Assembly: GCA_963669175.1 (NCBI GenBank)
Contig: OY769902.1
Coordinates: 1,743,515-1,807,514 of the forward strand
Length of the DNA stretch: 64,000 nt
Origin: a bacterium
Lineage (GTDB): Bacteria; Electryoneota; Electryoneia; Electryoneales; Electryoneaceae
Reading direction: 5' to 3'
The notes below the pieces were generated by a model. That model made no database searches, was not told where the DNA came from, and worked only from the letters and a program-made list of their open reading frames with translations. The position numbers and the translations under genes are program-made. Positions 20,713 to 29,945 of the stretch are shown one piece after another (position 1 is the stretch's first letter; each line of letters opens with the position of its first letter).

Positions 20713-21294
20713 ATGAAGGTCATCAGTTTCAGTTCTATCAGTATGCTTTTCTTGTTGGTTCTGGCGCAAACCTCACTGGCAGAATTGCCGACTACTTCAA
20801 CAGACACACGACGAAACGCCATCGGAGTCCAGGGGCTTGGCTTGATAATGGGCAATGCCACCGTGGATTACGAGCATGTATTCGGCAGCAGACACGGGCT
20901 GTTTCTCGAGGGCGGGATGGACTTTAATGGCGGGCACAACATGGGTGTCGCCTATCGTATTCATTCGACGAAGGATAAAAACAGACCTGCGATCCAAACC
21001 TCTTTCTGGGGACCGTTTATACGGTTTAGCAAATCGTCCATGGAATTCGAGGACAGCGATACGAAAAAGAACTACGATATCGACATGCAGATGCTGAATA
21101 TCGGGTTGGTCTACGGCAGAAACTACAGTTGGGGAAAATGTATCAACTTCGGCTGGCGCCTGGGATATGGCCTCCCGGTATACACCAGCTACAAATGGAG
21201 CCCGGACAATTACAAGGACGCCAATACGGTGAACAATATCATCTCGGTTGTCAGTGGGATAGAAGGTGGCATTTCAATCGGGTTTGTGTTCTGA
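20713..21294 (+). CDS. small outer-membrane beta-barrel protein (putative)
   Basis: Signal peptide MKVISFSSISMLFLLVLAQTSLA. Amphipathic beta pattern. C-terminal ...GFVF (terminal Phe). Confidence 0.5.
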   Translation: MKVISFSSISMLFLLVLAQTSLAELPTTSTDTRRNAIGVQGLGLIMGNATVDYEHVFGSRHGLFLEGGMDFNGGHNMGVAYRIHSTKDKNRPAIQTSFWGPFIRFSKSSMEFEDSDTKKNYDIDMQMLNIGLVYGRNYSWGKCINFGWRLGYGLPVYTSYKWSPDNYKDANTVNNIISVVSGIEGGISIGFVF

Positions 21295-21308
21295 ACCGAA
21301 TCGTTTGT

Positions 21309-22475
21309 TTAATCCACGACATAGCGCGGTATTCGTGACGGTAGACGGACGAGAACTTCATAGTTCATGCCTTCACTCATTTCACTGAAGGAGGCAACTG
21401 TAATCTCGGCTTTTTTCTGCTTGCCGATCAGGACCACCTCGTCGCCACGTTTTACGCCCGGAATATTGGTCACATCGATCATCACCATGTTCATGTTGAC
21501 CAGTCCGACAACCCCGGCACGACGACCCTGGATCAGCACACGTCCACGATTGCTGAGCAGGCGGGCAAAACCGGATGCGTAGCCAATCGGGACACTGGCA
21601 ATTCGTGATTTTCGGCCTGTCTGAAATATGGTGCCATAGCCGACAAATTCACCCGGTTTGACCTCCTGTACATGCATAACACGGCTTTTCCAGGAGATGA
21701 TGCGCCGCAAAGGATCACGGTGTTTCTTCATCTCTGCGTTGCCGTTACGAAGCATGTACTGCATCCGTGTTTCCTGGGTCGGCCAATAGCCATACTGGGC
21801 GATACCGAAACGGACCATATCCATGATGGTATCGGGATAATTCAGGGCAGCGGCCGAGCAGGCGGTGTGACGAAACCTGGGTTTGAGGCCGGACTTAAAG
21901 ACTTTATTGCCCATTTGAGTGAAATCAACAATCTGGTTGGTAACTCGCAGATAATTGCTGATCGATTCCGCGCCGGCATAATGAGTACATATTCCTTCCA
22001 GGATAAAGGCGTCCGGGTTTGCCTGTATTATTCCAACAGCCTGTTTCAGTGCATCCTCATACAGTCCCATCCGGTGCAAGCCTGTTTCCAGCTCGAGATG
22101 GATGTGGGCTTTGAGATTGAGTTTCTTTGCCGTTGCCAGGGCGGCTTTTAATCGATCCAAACCGAAAATATAAAAGGAGATATCATTTCGAATGGCCCAT
22201 TCCAGCTCATCATCCGGGATGGCGCCCATGATCATGATGTGGCTGTTCTTAACACTGGAAGCGTACGCTCGTCTCGCTTCATCCAGGCTGAAAACAGCAA
22301 ATCGACGAATCCCGCAAGCTTCGGCAAGCGGAACAAACAATTCGATCCCGTGACCATATGCATTTCCCTTGATCACAGAACAGTATTCCACGTCTTTGCC
22401 GATGTAAGAACGTAAAAAGCCGATGTTTTTCTTCAGGGCACTTTTGCTTAACTCAATCCAGGTTATATCCGACAA
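21309..22475 (-). CDS. alr: alanine racemase
   Basis: PLP-lysine motif VIKGNAYGHG near the N-terminus. Length and C-terminal beta-domain pattern fit alanine racemase. Confidence 0.8.
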   Translation of the reverse strand: MSDITWIELSKSALKKNIGFLRSYIGKDVEYCSVIKGNAYGHGIELFVPLAEACGIRRFAVFSLDEARRAYASSVKNSHIMIMGAIPDDELEWAIRNDISFYIFGLDRLKAALATAKKLNLKAHIHLELETGLHRMGLYEDALKQAVGIIQANPDAFILEGICTHYAGAESISNYLRVTNQIVDFTQMGNKVFKSGLKPRFRHTACSAAALNYPDTIMDMVRFGIAQYGYWPTQETRMQYMLRNGNAEMKKHRDPLRRIISWKSRVMHVQEVKPGEFVGYGTIFQTGRKSRIASVPIGYASGFARLLSNRGRVLIQGRRAGVVGLVNMNMVMIDVTNIPGVKRGDEVVLIGKQKKAEITVASFSEMSEGMNYEVLVRLPSRIPRYVVD

Positions 22476-22527
22476 AACTCTTACTCCAGTTTATCCCCAA
22501 TTCTCTTAACAATACACACCAGATACT

Positions 22528-23664
22528 TCAAATAATTTTCGCCTGGCGCAGAATTTCCAGCCACATATCAACCCCATACTGGATCAACTCATCAGGGAAA
22601 TCGTAGGTTGGATGATGCAATGCCGGTTGATCTTTACCTGCTCCAAGCCCGAACAACGCACCCGGATAAGCGTGGGTGAAGTGTCCGAAATCTTCCGACC
22701 AGGGGAAGGGGACTGGCGGTTCGATTACATCCAGGTCGAGTGATCTTGCGGCATTTTTAACAAGCGAAGCTGCATGGATATCATTGAATGTCTCTGGAAA
22801 CTCCTCAGTCCAATTTATTTCAACCTCAAGCTCATGCATGTGTGCAATGGAATGAGCCAGTCTTTCCGCATGTTTTCCCGTTTTTGCCAGGACATTGCCA
22901 TCATGTGCACGAAGGGTGGCCATGACTTGCGCCTTGCCCGGTGAGGTTCCAAACGCTATTTCACCAAGCTTGGCGTAAATGACTGTTACTTTTACCGCCT
23001 CATGCAGGGCAACAGTGGTTTGAGGAAGCGCGCTGAGGCCATGAATCAATTCAGCAACCGCCAACGCCGGGCTTTTTCCCTGTTCCGGTTGTGCGGCATG
23101 AGACGTGGCGCCTGTCAGGTCGATAATCACCCCCTTGGACGCGCAGGCGAAGGTGCCGTCCCGGACGATGACTGATCCCTTTTCAAAACCGGGAAGGTTA
23201 TGCAGGGCGAAGACCATATCCGGAGTGAATTGGGCGAATACAGGATCAGCGAGCACCTGTGCCGCGCCCTGTCCGTTTTCCTCGGCCGGTTGGAACAGGA
23301 GGATGACTTTGCCATGTTTGACCGGGTTGTTCTTCAGGTGTTCAGCAATACCGGCGAGGATGGCCATGTGACCATCATGCCCGCATTTATGCGCAACGCC
23401 CTCGGTTATGGATGTATAGTCGAGGTCAGGCGTGTCCTGTATCGGAAGCGCATCAAGATCTGAACGAATCAGGATTTCCTGTCCTTCCTGACCGCTGTCG
23501 TATACAGCCGCGATACCATGCCCGCCAAGATGGTTGACGATGGTTGTACATCCTGTACCTTTCAGGTATTCAGAAATCGTTGCAGCGGTTTTTTCTTCCT
23601 GTCCGGACAATTCTGCAATCCGGTGCAGGGTGTGACGAAGTTGGATCAGCCTGCTACACATCAT
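22528..23664 (-). CDS. M20-family amidohydrolase (N-acyl-amino-acid amidohydrolase/hippuricase-like)
   Basis: Metal-binding HKCGHDGH motif and length typical of M20D enzymes. Confidence 0.7.
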   Translation of the reverse strand: MMCSRLIQLRHTLHRIAELSGQEEKTAATISEYLKGTGCTTIVNHLGGHGIAAVYDSGQEGQEILIRSDLDALPIQDTPDLDYTSITEGVAHKCGHDGHMAILAGIAEHLKNNPVKHGKVILLFQPAEENGQGAAQVLADPVFAQFTPDMVFALHNLPGFEKGSVIVRDGTFACASKGVIIDLTGATSHAAQPEQGKSPALAVAELIHGLSALPQTTVALHEAVKVTVIYAKLGEIAFGTSPGKAQVMATLRAHDGNVLAKTGKHAERLAHSIAHMHELEVEINWTEEFPETFNDIHAASLVKNAARSLDLDVIEPPVPFPWSEDFGHFTHAYPGALFGLGAGKDQPALHHPTYDFPDELIQYGVDMWLEILRQAKII

Positions 23665-24145
23665 CTATCCCTGGTCTGTGTTTTTGAAATCCGCCATCTT
23701 GCCGATGAGTACTGGTTTAGCGCATTTTTTCAATAATTGCAAAACATCAAGATTTTGTTATAAAATAATAAATAGGCGGCAGGAAATAAACTGACAGAAA
23801 CTGAATATATAATCAAAAAAATACAAAAATTACTGAAACATTTTCAGGAGATTATAAAATAAAAAAAATCACTTGCGAAATGTAATCAGGTTCTCTATTT
23901 TTATATGTCGAACGGGGAGCGGGTCCAGCGGAGACTGGAGTCCGACTCTTACCAGTCAGGCGCTGAGTTTCCATTGTTTTCACTCCATGTCTGTGCTGGA
24001 TGTTCGACGGGAACACCAAACACCACGCTTATTTTGGTCCCCATTCCTGTTGTGCATTTCTCCTCTCCGGATCGGATTCGCTCGTTACTCCTTTGAAAAG
24101 CCATGCAAAAGCATAGGCGCATCATTCATTAACAAGGATTTTCAC

Positions 24146-24607
24146 ATGTCAACACCAGACAATGGTCTTGAGTTTACAACGGTAGAGCATCGTGAACAGT
24201 TACCGGAATGGGCAAGCTGGAACAAGATGGTCATGTACTTTCATGAAACCATGAAACCCTACGAAGATCCGCCTGATCAGGTGGAAGCAGCGTTACACTA
24301 TGCCTTTACCCCCGGTGAGGGACAGGGCGGTTTTCTGGAACTGGTGCGTCTTGATGGCGAACTGGTCGGCGCCTGCCTGATGCTGCGCACCGGCATGAAA
24401 GGCTATATCCCGGAATGGATTCTGCTGATGGTCACAGTTGATCCGAGCACACGTGGCAAAGGGATCGGCGGTAAGCTCATTCGTAAATGCCTTGACCAGG
24501 CGGACGGTAATGTCAAACTGCATGTGGAATACGACAATCCGGCCAAGAGGTTGTATGAACGCATCGGCTTCACATCCAAGTATGCTGATATGAGGTATAC
24601 CAAATGA
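24146..24607 (+). CDS. GNAT-family N-acetyltransferase
   Basis: Acetyl-CoA-binding motif region (TRGKGIGGKLI). About 150 aa from ATG 24146. Stop overlaps the next gene's start (ATGA at 24604-24607). Confidence 0.65.
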   Translation: MSTPDNGLEFTTVEHREQLPEWASWNKMVMYFHETMKPYEDPPDQVEAALHYAFTPGEGQGGFLELVRLDGELVGACLMLRTGMKGYIPEWILLMVTVDPSTRGKGIGGKLIRKCLDQADGNVKLHVEYDNPAKRLYERIGFTSKYADMRYTK

Positions 24608-25785
24608 ACCGGGTCACCATAAACCTGGAAGCATTACAGCATAATTTCAAGATCATCGACGGTTGGATGAAGAAGCACGGGTCTACCTGGACCCTGGTGA
24701 CCAAGGTTCTGTGTGGTCATCAAGATACGATCAAGGGGTTGGAAATGCTGGGTGTGCGTTCCATGGCGGACTCGCGCCTGGCAAACCTGGAAACCATCAA
24801 GAAAACAGTACCGGATGTGGAAACCTGGTATCTTCGCATCCCTCATATGCCGGCGATTCCGGATATCGTACGCTTGGCGGATGTGTCCCTGGCTACGGAA
24901 GAAGAGACCATCTATGCCATGAACGAGGAGGCGAAGAAGCAGGATAAGATGCACAAAGTGATCGTCATGATTGAACTCGGCGATCTGCGTGAAGGTATCC
25001 TGCCCGGTAAGCTGGTTGAGTTCTACCAGAACATTTTTGAATTGTCCAATATCGAAGTGTGGGGAATTGGTGCGAACATAGGTTGCCTGTCCGGTACCGT
25101 ACCCAATGTGGATCAGCTCACCCAGCTTATGCTCTACCGTGAACTGTTGGAATTGAAATTCCAACGCAAGCTTCCCATGATTTCTGCTGGAGCAAGTGTG
25201 GTGATGCCACTATTGCTGGATGGGAAAGTGCCCAGAGAGATCAACAATTTCAGGATTGGAGAAGCGTTGTACCTGGGCACTGACCTGATCAATGGCGGGG
25301 CGCTTCCGGGATTGCGTGATGATGCAGTCACGGTTGAAGCGGACATCGCCGAGATAAAGGAAAAGAGCCTGGTACCGTTGGGTGAAACGACTTCTCTGGC
25401 TCCGTTTGAGACATTCAAGCAGGAAGACACTCATCCCGGTGAACGTGGAGTTCGTGCCGTGATCACCATGGGCCAACTGGACACCGAGATAGCAGGCCTT
25501 ATGCCTATTCACCCGGATCACCAGGTGGTGGGAGCGTCCAGCGATCTGGCGGTTGTTTCAGTCAAGGAGCGGGAAGGGCTCAAGGTTGGCGATACCATAC
25601 GCTTCCGTCCGACCTACGGCGCATTGGTGCGCTTGATGATCGGAAAATATGTCGCTAAACAGGTGATTCCTTCACTGGATAAATACCAGGCTATTCTGGA
25701 CAAAGGATACGACCTGGAATTACCCCCTGTTATGGAACAGGTTGATGAAATCGAGGAGGAGGACACGGCATCCGGGACAGACTGA
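24604..25785 (+). CDS. alanine-racemase-domain (fold-type III PLP, YhfX-like) protein
   Basis: N-terminal TIM-barrel pattern with candidate PLP lysine in LVTKVLCG. Exact enzyme class not assignable. Confidence 0.5.
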   Translation: MNRVTINLEALQHNFKIIDGWMKKHGSTWTLVTKVLCGHQDTIKGLEMLGVRSMADSRLANLETIKKTVPDVETWYLRIPHMPAIPDIVRLADVSLATEEETIYAMNEEAKKQDKMHKVIVMIELGDLREGILPGKLVEFYQNIFELSNIEVWGIGANIGCLSGTVPNVDQLTQLMLYRELLELKFQRKLPMISAGASVVMPLLLDGKVPREINNFRIGEALYLGTDLINGGALPGLRDDAVTVEADIAEIKEKSLVPLGETTSLAPFETFKQEDTHPGERGVRAVITMGQLDTEIAGLMPIHPDHQVVGASSDLAVVSVKEREGLKVGDTIRFRPTYGALVRLMIGKYVAKQVIPSLDKYQAILDKGYDLELPPVMEQVDEIEEEDTASGTD

Positions 25786-25826
25786 TCGAATGGATCCTCA
25801 TCGGCGGGTATATCACTTTCATCATT

Positions 25827-27194
25827 GTGAAAGGGATGTTGAAGGCCCGCAAGATTCATGTCGCTGATGATTTTCTTGTTGCCGGCCGTTCGATAACCTG
25901 GCCACTTCTTTTTGCCACCATGGGGGCTACTGTCATTGGCGGCGGTTACTCCATCGGTGCCGTTGGTAAGTCCTATGAATGGGGTCTGCTCATGGTACTG
26001 ATCTCCATGGGCGGCTACATTCATTTTATTTTTTCCGGGCTTGTGGTGGCCCCGAAATTCCGTGAAGCCAAACTGTATACAGTTGCCGGTTATTTCGGCC
26101 ACCGGTATGGTGAGGGGCCACGTCTTGCCGCAATGGTTCTGTCCCTGCTGTTCTCCGTCTTTATCGTTGCAGCGCAAATGGCGGCAATCGGTTCCGTGCT
26201 GTCTACCCTGATGCCGGCAACTATTGATGCGCAAAACACCATTCGAACAGGCATCCTTGTCGGTGGTATCCTCGTGGTTCTCTACAGTACCGCCGGTGGA
26301 TTGCTGGCGGTGATCTATACGGATGTCTACCAGTTTGTCGTGTTGTTGCTTGGTTTCCTGATCACACTTGCCTTTATCATGCCGGACATGATCGCCACCT
26401 GGCCCACTGTCACCAATACCCTGCCGGACCGCTTTTTCACTATCACCGGGGATAAAGGATGGGCGTTCATGCTCACGACATTCCTGGCTTTTCTTGTGGG
26501 GGAGACCTTCGCACCGGGATATGCCACACGTTACTGTATCGGCAAGGATGTCCGTCACACAAAGATCGGTATCGCCGGAGTTGGCGCTTTTCTGACCCTG
26601 ATTTTTCCCGTGATCATCTTTTTCATCGCTCTGTATGCCCGGATGAAATTTCCGGATATTGATCCCCAGCAGGCCTTGCCGCAAGTAATCCGTTACCTGC
26701 ACAATCCATTCATATCCGGGATCATTATTGCCGCGTTGCTGAGTGCGGTGATGTCATCGGCCGATTCGGCGCTGAATTCATCAACCGCCATTTTCGTGAA
26801 GGATCTGTTCGAGGAAACCTTTCACTGGACCGGGAAAGACCAGGCGCAGATGCTGAGAATCGCTCGTATCTGCACAGCAGTTCTTGGGGTTGTTGCCATG
26901 CTGATTGCCATCCTCTGGTCTGATATTATCGAACTGTTGCTGTTCACCTACCAAGTCTGGGCGCCGGCCATTATTCTGCCGGTGGTCATCGGCGCCACAA
27001 CCAGCTTCCGCAGCAAAGCCCTGAACCGTGCGATCCTGTGGACCATGATTTTGTCTACGGTGATCACCTTCGGCTATCGCTATACGGAGTATGCTGCGAC
27101 CTTCGATCCAGCGGTGTTCGGGGTGTTCCTGAGTGTGGGAGTGTATGCGGTTATCAGGAGTGGGGAGAAACTTATAAAACGAATTAGTAATTAG
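25827..27194 (+). CDS. sodium:solute symporter (SSS) family transporter
   Basis: 12-13 hydrophobic helices with SSS-type motifs (GGLLAVIYTDVYQ). The in-frame upstream stretch LIEWILIGGYITFII looks like part of helix 1 but has no canonical start, so the true start is uncertain. Confidence 0.7.
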   Translation: MKGMLKARKIHVADDFLVAGRSITWPLLFATMGATVIGGGYSIGAVGKSYEWGLLMVLISMGGYIHFIFSGLVVAPKFREAKLYTVAGYFGHRYGEGPRLAAMVLSLLFSVFIVAAQMAAIGSVLSTLMPATIDAQNTIRTGILVGGILVVLYSTAGGLLAVIYTDVYQFVVLLLGFLITLAFIMPDMIATWPTVTNTLPDRFFTITGDKGWAFMLTTFLAFLVGETFAPGYATRYCIGKDVRHTKIGIAGVGAFLTLIFPVIIFFIALYARMKFPDIDPQQALPQVIRYLHNPFISGIIIAALLSAVMSSADSALNSSTAIFVKDLFEETFHWTGKDQAQMLRIARICTAVLGVVAMLIAILWSDIIELLLFTYQVWAPAIILPVVIGATTSFRSKALNRAILWTMILSTVITFGYRYTEYAATFDPAVFGVFLSVGVYAVIRSGEKLIKRISN

Positions 27195-27290
27195 GAATTA
27201 GTAATGAGGAATTACAGGAGAAGAAGCCAAACTTGGCTCAAGCTGGCTCTTATCTAAGCGATGGTACAATTCCTAATTCCTAATTGCAAA
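27185..27290. terminator. convergent-gene terminator region with AT-rich inverted repeat
   Basis: aattaggaattag ... ctaattcctaatt inverted repeat flanking a GC hairpin, between the SSS transporter (plus strand) and dapB (minus strand) stops. Confidence 0.35.
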
Positions 27291-27293
27291 TTG

Positions 27294-27995
27294 CTAATTA
27301 AAGATAGCGTTTGCCATTGAAAACTCCCCCTCCGTTTTCCCCGACAGGAACCTAACTGCCGGGGCAACTCCCTGGGCGAAGGCCTGACGTGAGCGGGCAC
27401 GGTGGATCACTTCGATCTCCTCGCCTTCAGACGCGAACACCACGTGATGCTCGCCGACCACTTCGCCCAGACGCAGGCTGACACACTGCACCGGACCGCC
27501 GACCTCCTGCAGCACTTCCATCAACCGTTTCGCCGTGCCGGAGGGAGCGTCCAGCTTGTGCTTGTGATGGGTTTCCTGTATGCCGACGTCGTACTTGTCA
27601 CCCAACACGGTCCGCATTTTCGGCATCAGGTCAAACAGGAGATTGATCCCGATGGAAAGGTTGGGAGCAACGATATGAGCGTTTTTCAGATCACGAAGAC
27701 GAGCGGCCTGATCCGGTGAGAACCCGGTAGCGCCGATCAGGATGGGGATGCCAAGTTCTTCAGCTCGCAGAGCATGGGTATACGCTACTGATCCAAGCGA
27801 AACATCCACCCAGACATCCGCACTCAAATCAGAATTGCCAAGGTCTGCTTCAAGCGTCAGGTCGCCTACATGCTGCCCTGCTACGGCCTGCACATCCACC
27901 GCATGCGCGATCCGGATATCGGCTTCCTTCGTCAACGCTTCCACAACTTCACGACCCATACGGCCGTTGGCGCCGAACAACGTCACGGTGATCAT
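27294..27995 (-). CDS. dapB: 4-hydroxy-tetrahydrodipicolinate reductase
   Basis: N-terminal Rossmann MITVTLFGANGRMG and the diagnostic E-x-HH-x2-K-x-D-x-PSGTA motif (ETHHKHKLDAPSGTA). Confidence 0.88.
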   Translation of the reverse strand: MITVTLFGANGRMGREVVEALTKEADIRIAHAVDVQAVAGQHVGDLTLEADLGNSDLSADVWVDVSLGSVAYTHALRAEELGIPILIGATGFSPDQAARLRDLKNAHIVAPNLSIGINLLFDLMPKMRTVLGDKYDVGIQETHHKHKLDAPSGTAKRLMEVLQEVGGPVQCVSLRLGEVVGEHHVVFASEGEEIEVIHRARSRQAFAQGVAPAVRFLSGKTEGEFSMANAIFN

Positions 27996-28030
27996 CTCGC
28001 TCTCCCTTTTTAGATCCACTCACAGGCTTA

Positions 28031-28065
28031 ACAGGATAATAGGATGAAAGGATTTCAAGGATGAT
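28031..28065. promoter_or_regulatory. (AGGAT)n direct-repeat module upstream of dapB
   Basis: acaggataataggatgaaaggatttcaaggat. The same module occurs upstream of dapA (29714..29746) and glnA (31408..31447). Confidence 0.35.
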
Positions 28066-28118
28066 TCTTATGGTTAAAAGTTGAAAAGTTATAATGTTAT
28101 AAAGTTATTCGAGCTAAC

Positions 28119-28158
28119 GAAAAACAGGGACTGACCCATCGTAGTCTGTCCCGTTTTT
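28119..28158 (-). terminator. bidirectional intrinsic terminator after the AT-rich orphan gene
   Basis: aaaaacagggactgac...gtctgtcccgttttt: GC stem flanked by an A-tract and a T-tract. Confidence 0.45.
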
Positions 28159-28253
28159 CGCAACTAAATCTGATCCAGTCTCTAAACCAATGGATGTTTG
28201 GCCCGACTGCTCGCTGTCGGGTTTCAGCTATCAGATAGTCAGCGTGAGATACA

Positions 28254-28661
28254 CTAATCCTTGTACCGATAGAAAGTATGGGCATAATCAGAAGACATGG
28301 AAGACTCAATAATTTCCTTTTCATTTGGTTTTAAAGGATCGGGATTTTCAAAATTCATTGAAACAAGAAAATCCTTTGATAAGACTAAACCATCAACAGG
28401 CATATTTACATCATCCTTAATACGTCGCGAAAGCCATAGCGCAATTTGTTGTGCTAAGGATGTTTCTTCGCCAATATTTCTTCCACCAGTCTTGTAAGGG
28501 CAAGCAAAAAAGGCCTCTTTGTATTGAATCTTAAACAATATCGCTATCTGATATGCCGATAACATTATATATTTTCCCAAGTGAGGTTGAAGTGGATTTT
28601 TATGTTGTTTTAATACCTCGATGATTTTTTCGCCAACCTGGTAATCTTCCCACCAACTCAT
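28254..28661 (-). CDS. hypothetical protein encoded in an AT-rich islet
   Basis: 135 aa from ATG 28661, with a strong RBS (AAGGAGGG) 5 nt upstream. Local GC is clearly lower than the flanking dapB and dapA. No recognisable domain. Confidence 0.5.
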   Translation of the reverse strand: MSWWEDYQVGEKIIEVLKQHKNPLQPHLGKYIMLSAYQIAILFKIQYKEAFFACPYKTGGRNIGEETSLAQQIALWLSRRIKDDVNMPVDGLVLSKDFLVSMNFENPDPLKPNEKEIIESSMSSDYAHTFYRYKD

Positions 28662-28788
28662 ACTTCCCTCCTTGTTTCGTTTATCCAAAATTGTTGTTTA
28701 GTAATATTATTACAATACACTAAAAATGCAATATTTAACGAGGCTTCATTTAAGTAATTATAATGTCTGAAAGAGATTAATTCGCTGG

Positions 28789-29682
28789 TCAGCTTGCAAC
28801 TAACGATAGTTCTCGCAATACAGCCAAAATTACTTCTTCCGATTCGGGACGGATTGGCGCCAGTGGCGGACGTACAGTCCCAGCGGGCAGGCCCATTTGA
28901 TTCAAAGCAAACTTGGCAGGGCCGGGGCTGGTTTCGATGAACAGCGCTGAGACCAGGCTGGCAAAACTACGATGTAACTTGTACGCTTCCACATCGTTAC
29001 CGTCGTTTTCCAGCTCCCACTGTTTCACGACCAGTTCTGGGACGATGTTGGACAGCACACTGACCGTGCCCGAGCCACCGATTTGCCAGATAGGCAGGTT
29101 CTGACCGTCTTCGCCGCTGAATACTGTAAGCTCATTACCAACACGCCAGATCAGATCCCATATCTGGGTCAGGTCGCCGGATGCTTCCTTTATGGCAGCT
29201 ATCGACGGAATCTCCATCAGTCGTTCTGCCGTCGCGGGTTTCAAGTTCACACCAGTGCGTCCGGGCACGTTATATACCATGATCGGAATCTCCGGTACCG
29301 CTTCGGCGATCATGGAAAAGTGGCGAACCAGTCCGTCCGGGGTCGGTTTGTTGTAATAGGGAGTGATGACCAGCGCGCCATCCACGCCCAGTTCATGAGC
29401 GCGTCTCGTGCGTTCGATACTCTTGACCGTATTGTTGGTGCCGGTGCCGACGACGATAGTCGCCTTGCCCTTCGCTTCACGCACGGCGATGCGGATCACC
29501 GTTTCCCACTCGTTCATGGTCATCGCAGGCGCTTCACCAGTGGTGCCACAGGGGACCAGTCCGTGAATACCCGCTTCCACCTGGCGCTTCACCAAGGCCG
29601 CGTACGCAGCTTCATCCAATGAACCATCTTCCCTGAACGGGGTCACTAACGCTGTAAAAACTCCCTGCCAGTCTACTCGCAT
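28789..29682 (-). CDS. dapA: 4-hydroxy-tetrahydrodipicolinate synthase
   Basis: GLVPCGTTGE motif near the N-terminus, TIM-barrel length, Schiff-base lysine region. Confidence 0.88.
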   Translation of the reverse strand: MRVDWQGVFTALVTPFREDGSLDEAAYAALVKRQVEAGIHGLVPCGTTGEAPAMTMNEWETVIRIAVREAKGKATIVVGTGTNNTVKSIERTRRAHELGVDGALVITPYYNKPTPDGLVRHFSMIAEAVPEIPIMVYNVPGRTGVNLKPATAERLMEIPSIAAIKEASGDLTQIWDLIWRVGNELTVFSGEDGQNLPIWQIGGSGTVSVLSNIVPELVVKQWELENDGNDVEAYKLHRSFASLVSALFIETSPGPAKFALNQMGLPAGTVRPPLAPIRPESEEVILAVLRELSLVAS

Positions 29683-29713
29683 GCTTCCACTCCCAATATC
29701 TTACCGCAGGACT

Positions 29714-29890
29714 CACAGGATAATAGGATGAAAGGATGCCAAGGATAACTGCACAAATATACTTAAAAGATAAAGAAAAGCAATGATACGATTAGAATAA
29801 TAAATGCTATTAATCAATAATATAATTTGTCACCCATAAAATGTGTTTTTATCCTTGAAATCCTTCTATCCTATCATCCTGTTAAGCCTG
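29714..29890. promoter_or_regulatory. dapA upstream module: (AGGAT)n array, AT-rich spacer, inverted (ATCCT)n array
   Basis: cacaggataataggatgaaaggatgccaaggat (29714..29746), about 100 bp of AT-rich DNA, then atccttgaaatccttctatcctatcatcctgt (29851..29882). Same architecture as the glnA upstream module. Confidence 0.4.
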
Positions 29891-29945
29891 TTTTGTATCC
29901 TGAATATCTGTTGAAATCCTGTTTATCCTGTAAATGCTTGCTCGT

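Noticed and set aside
25614-26702. 362-aa minus-strand ORF
   Set aside because: Antisense to the SSS transporter, whose hydrophobic helix pattern is convincing. The minus ORF is Gly/Arg/His-rich low complexity.
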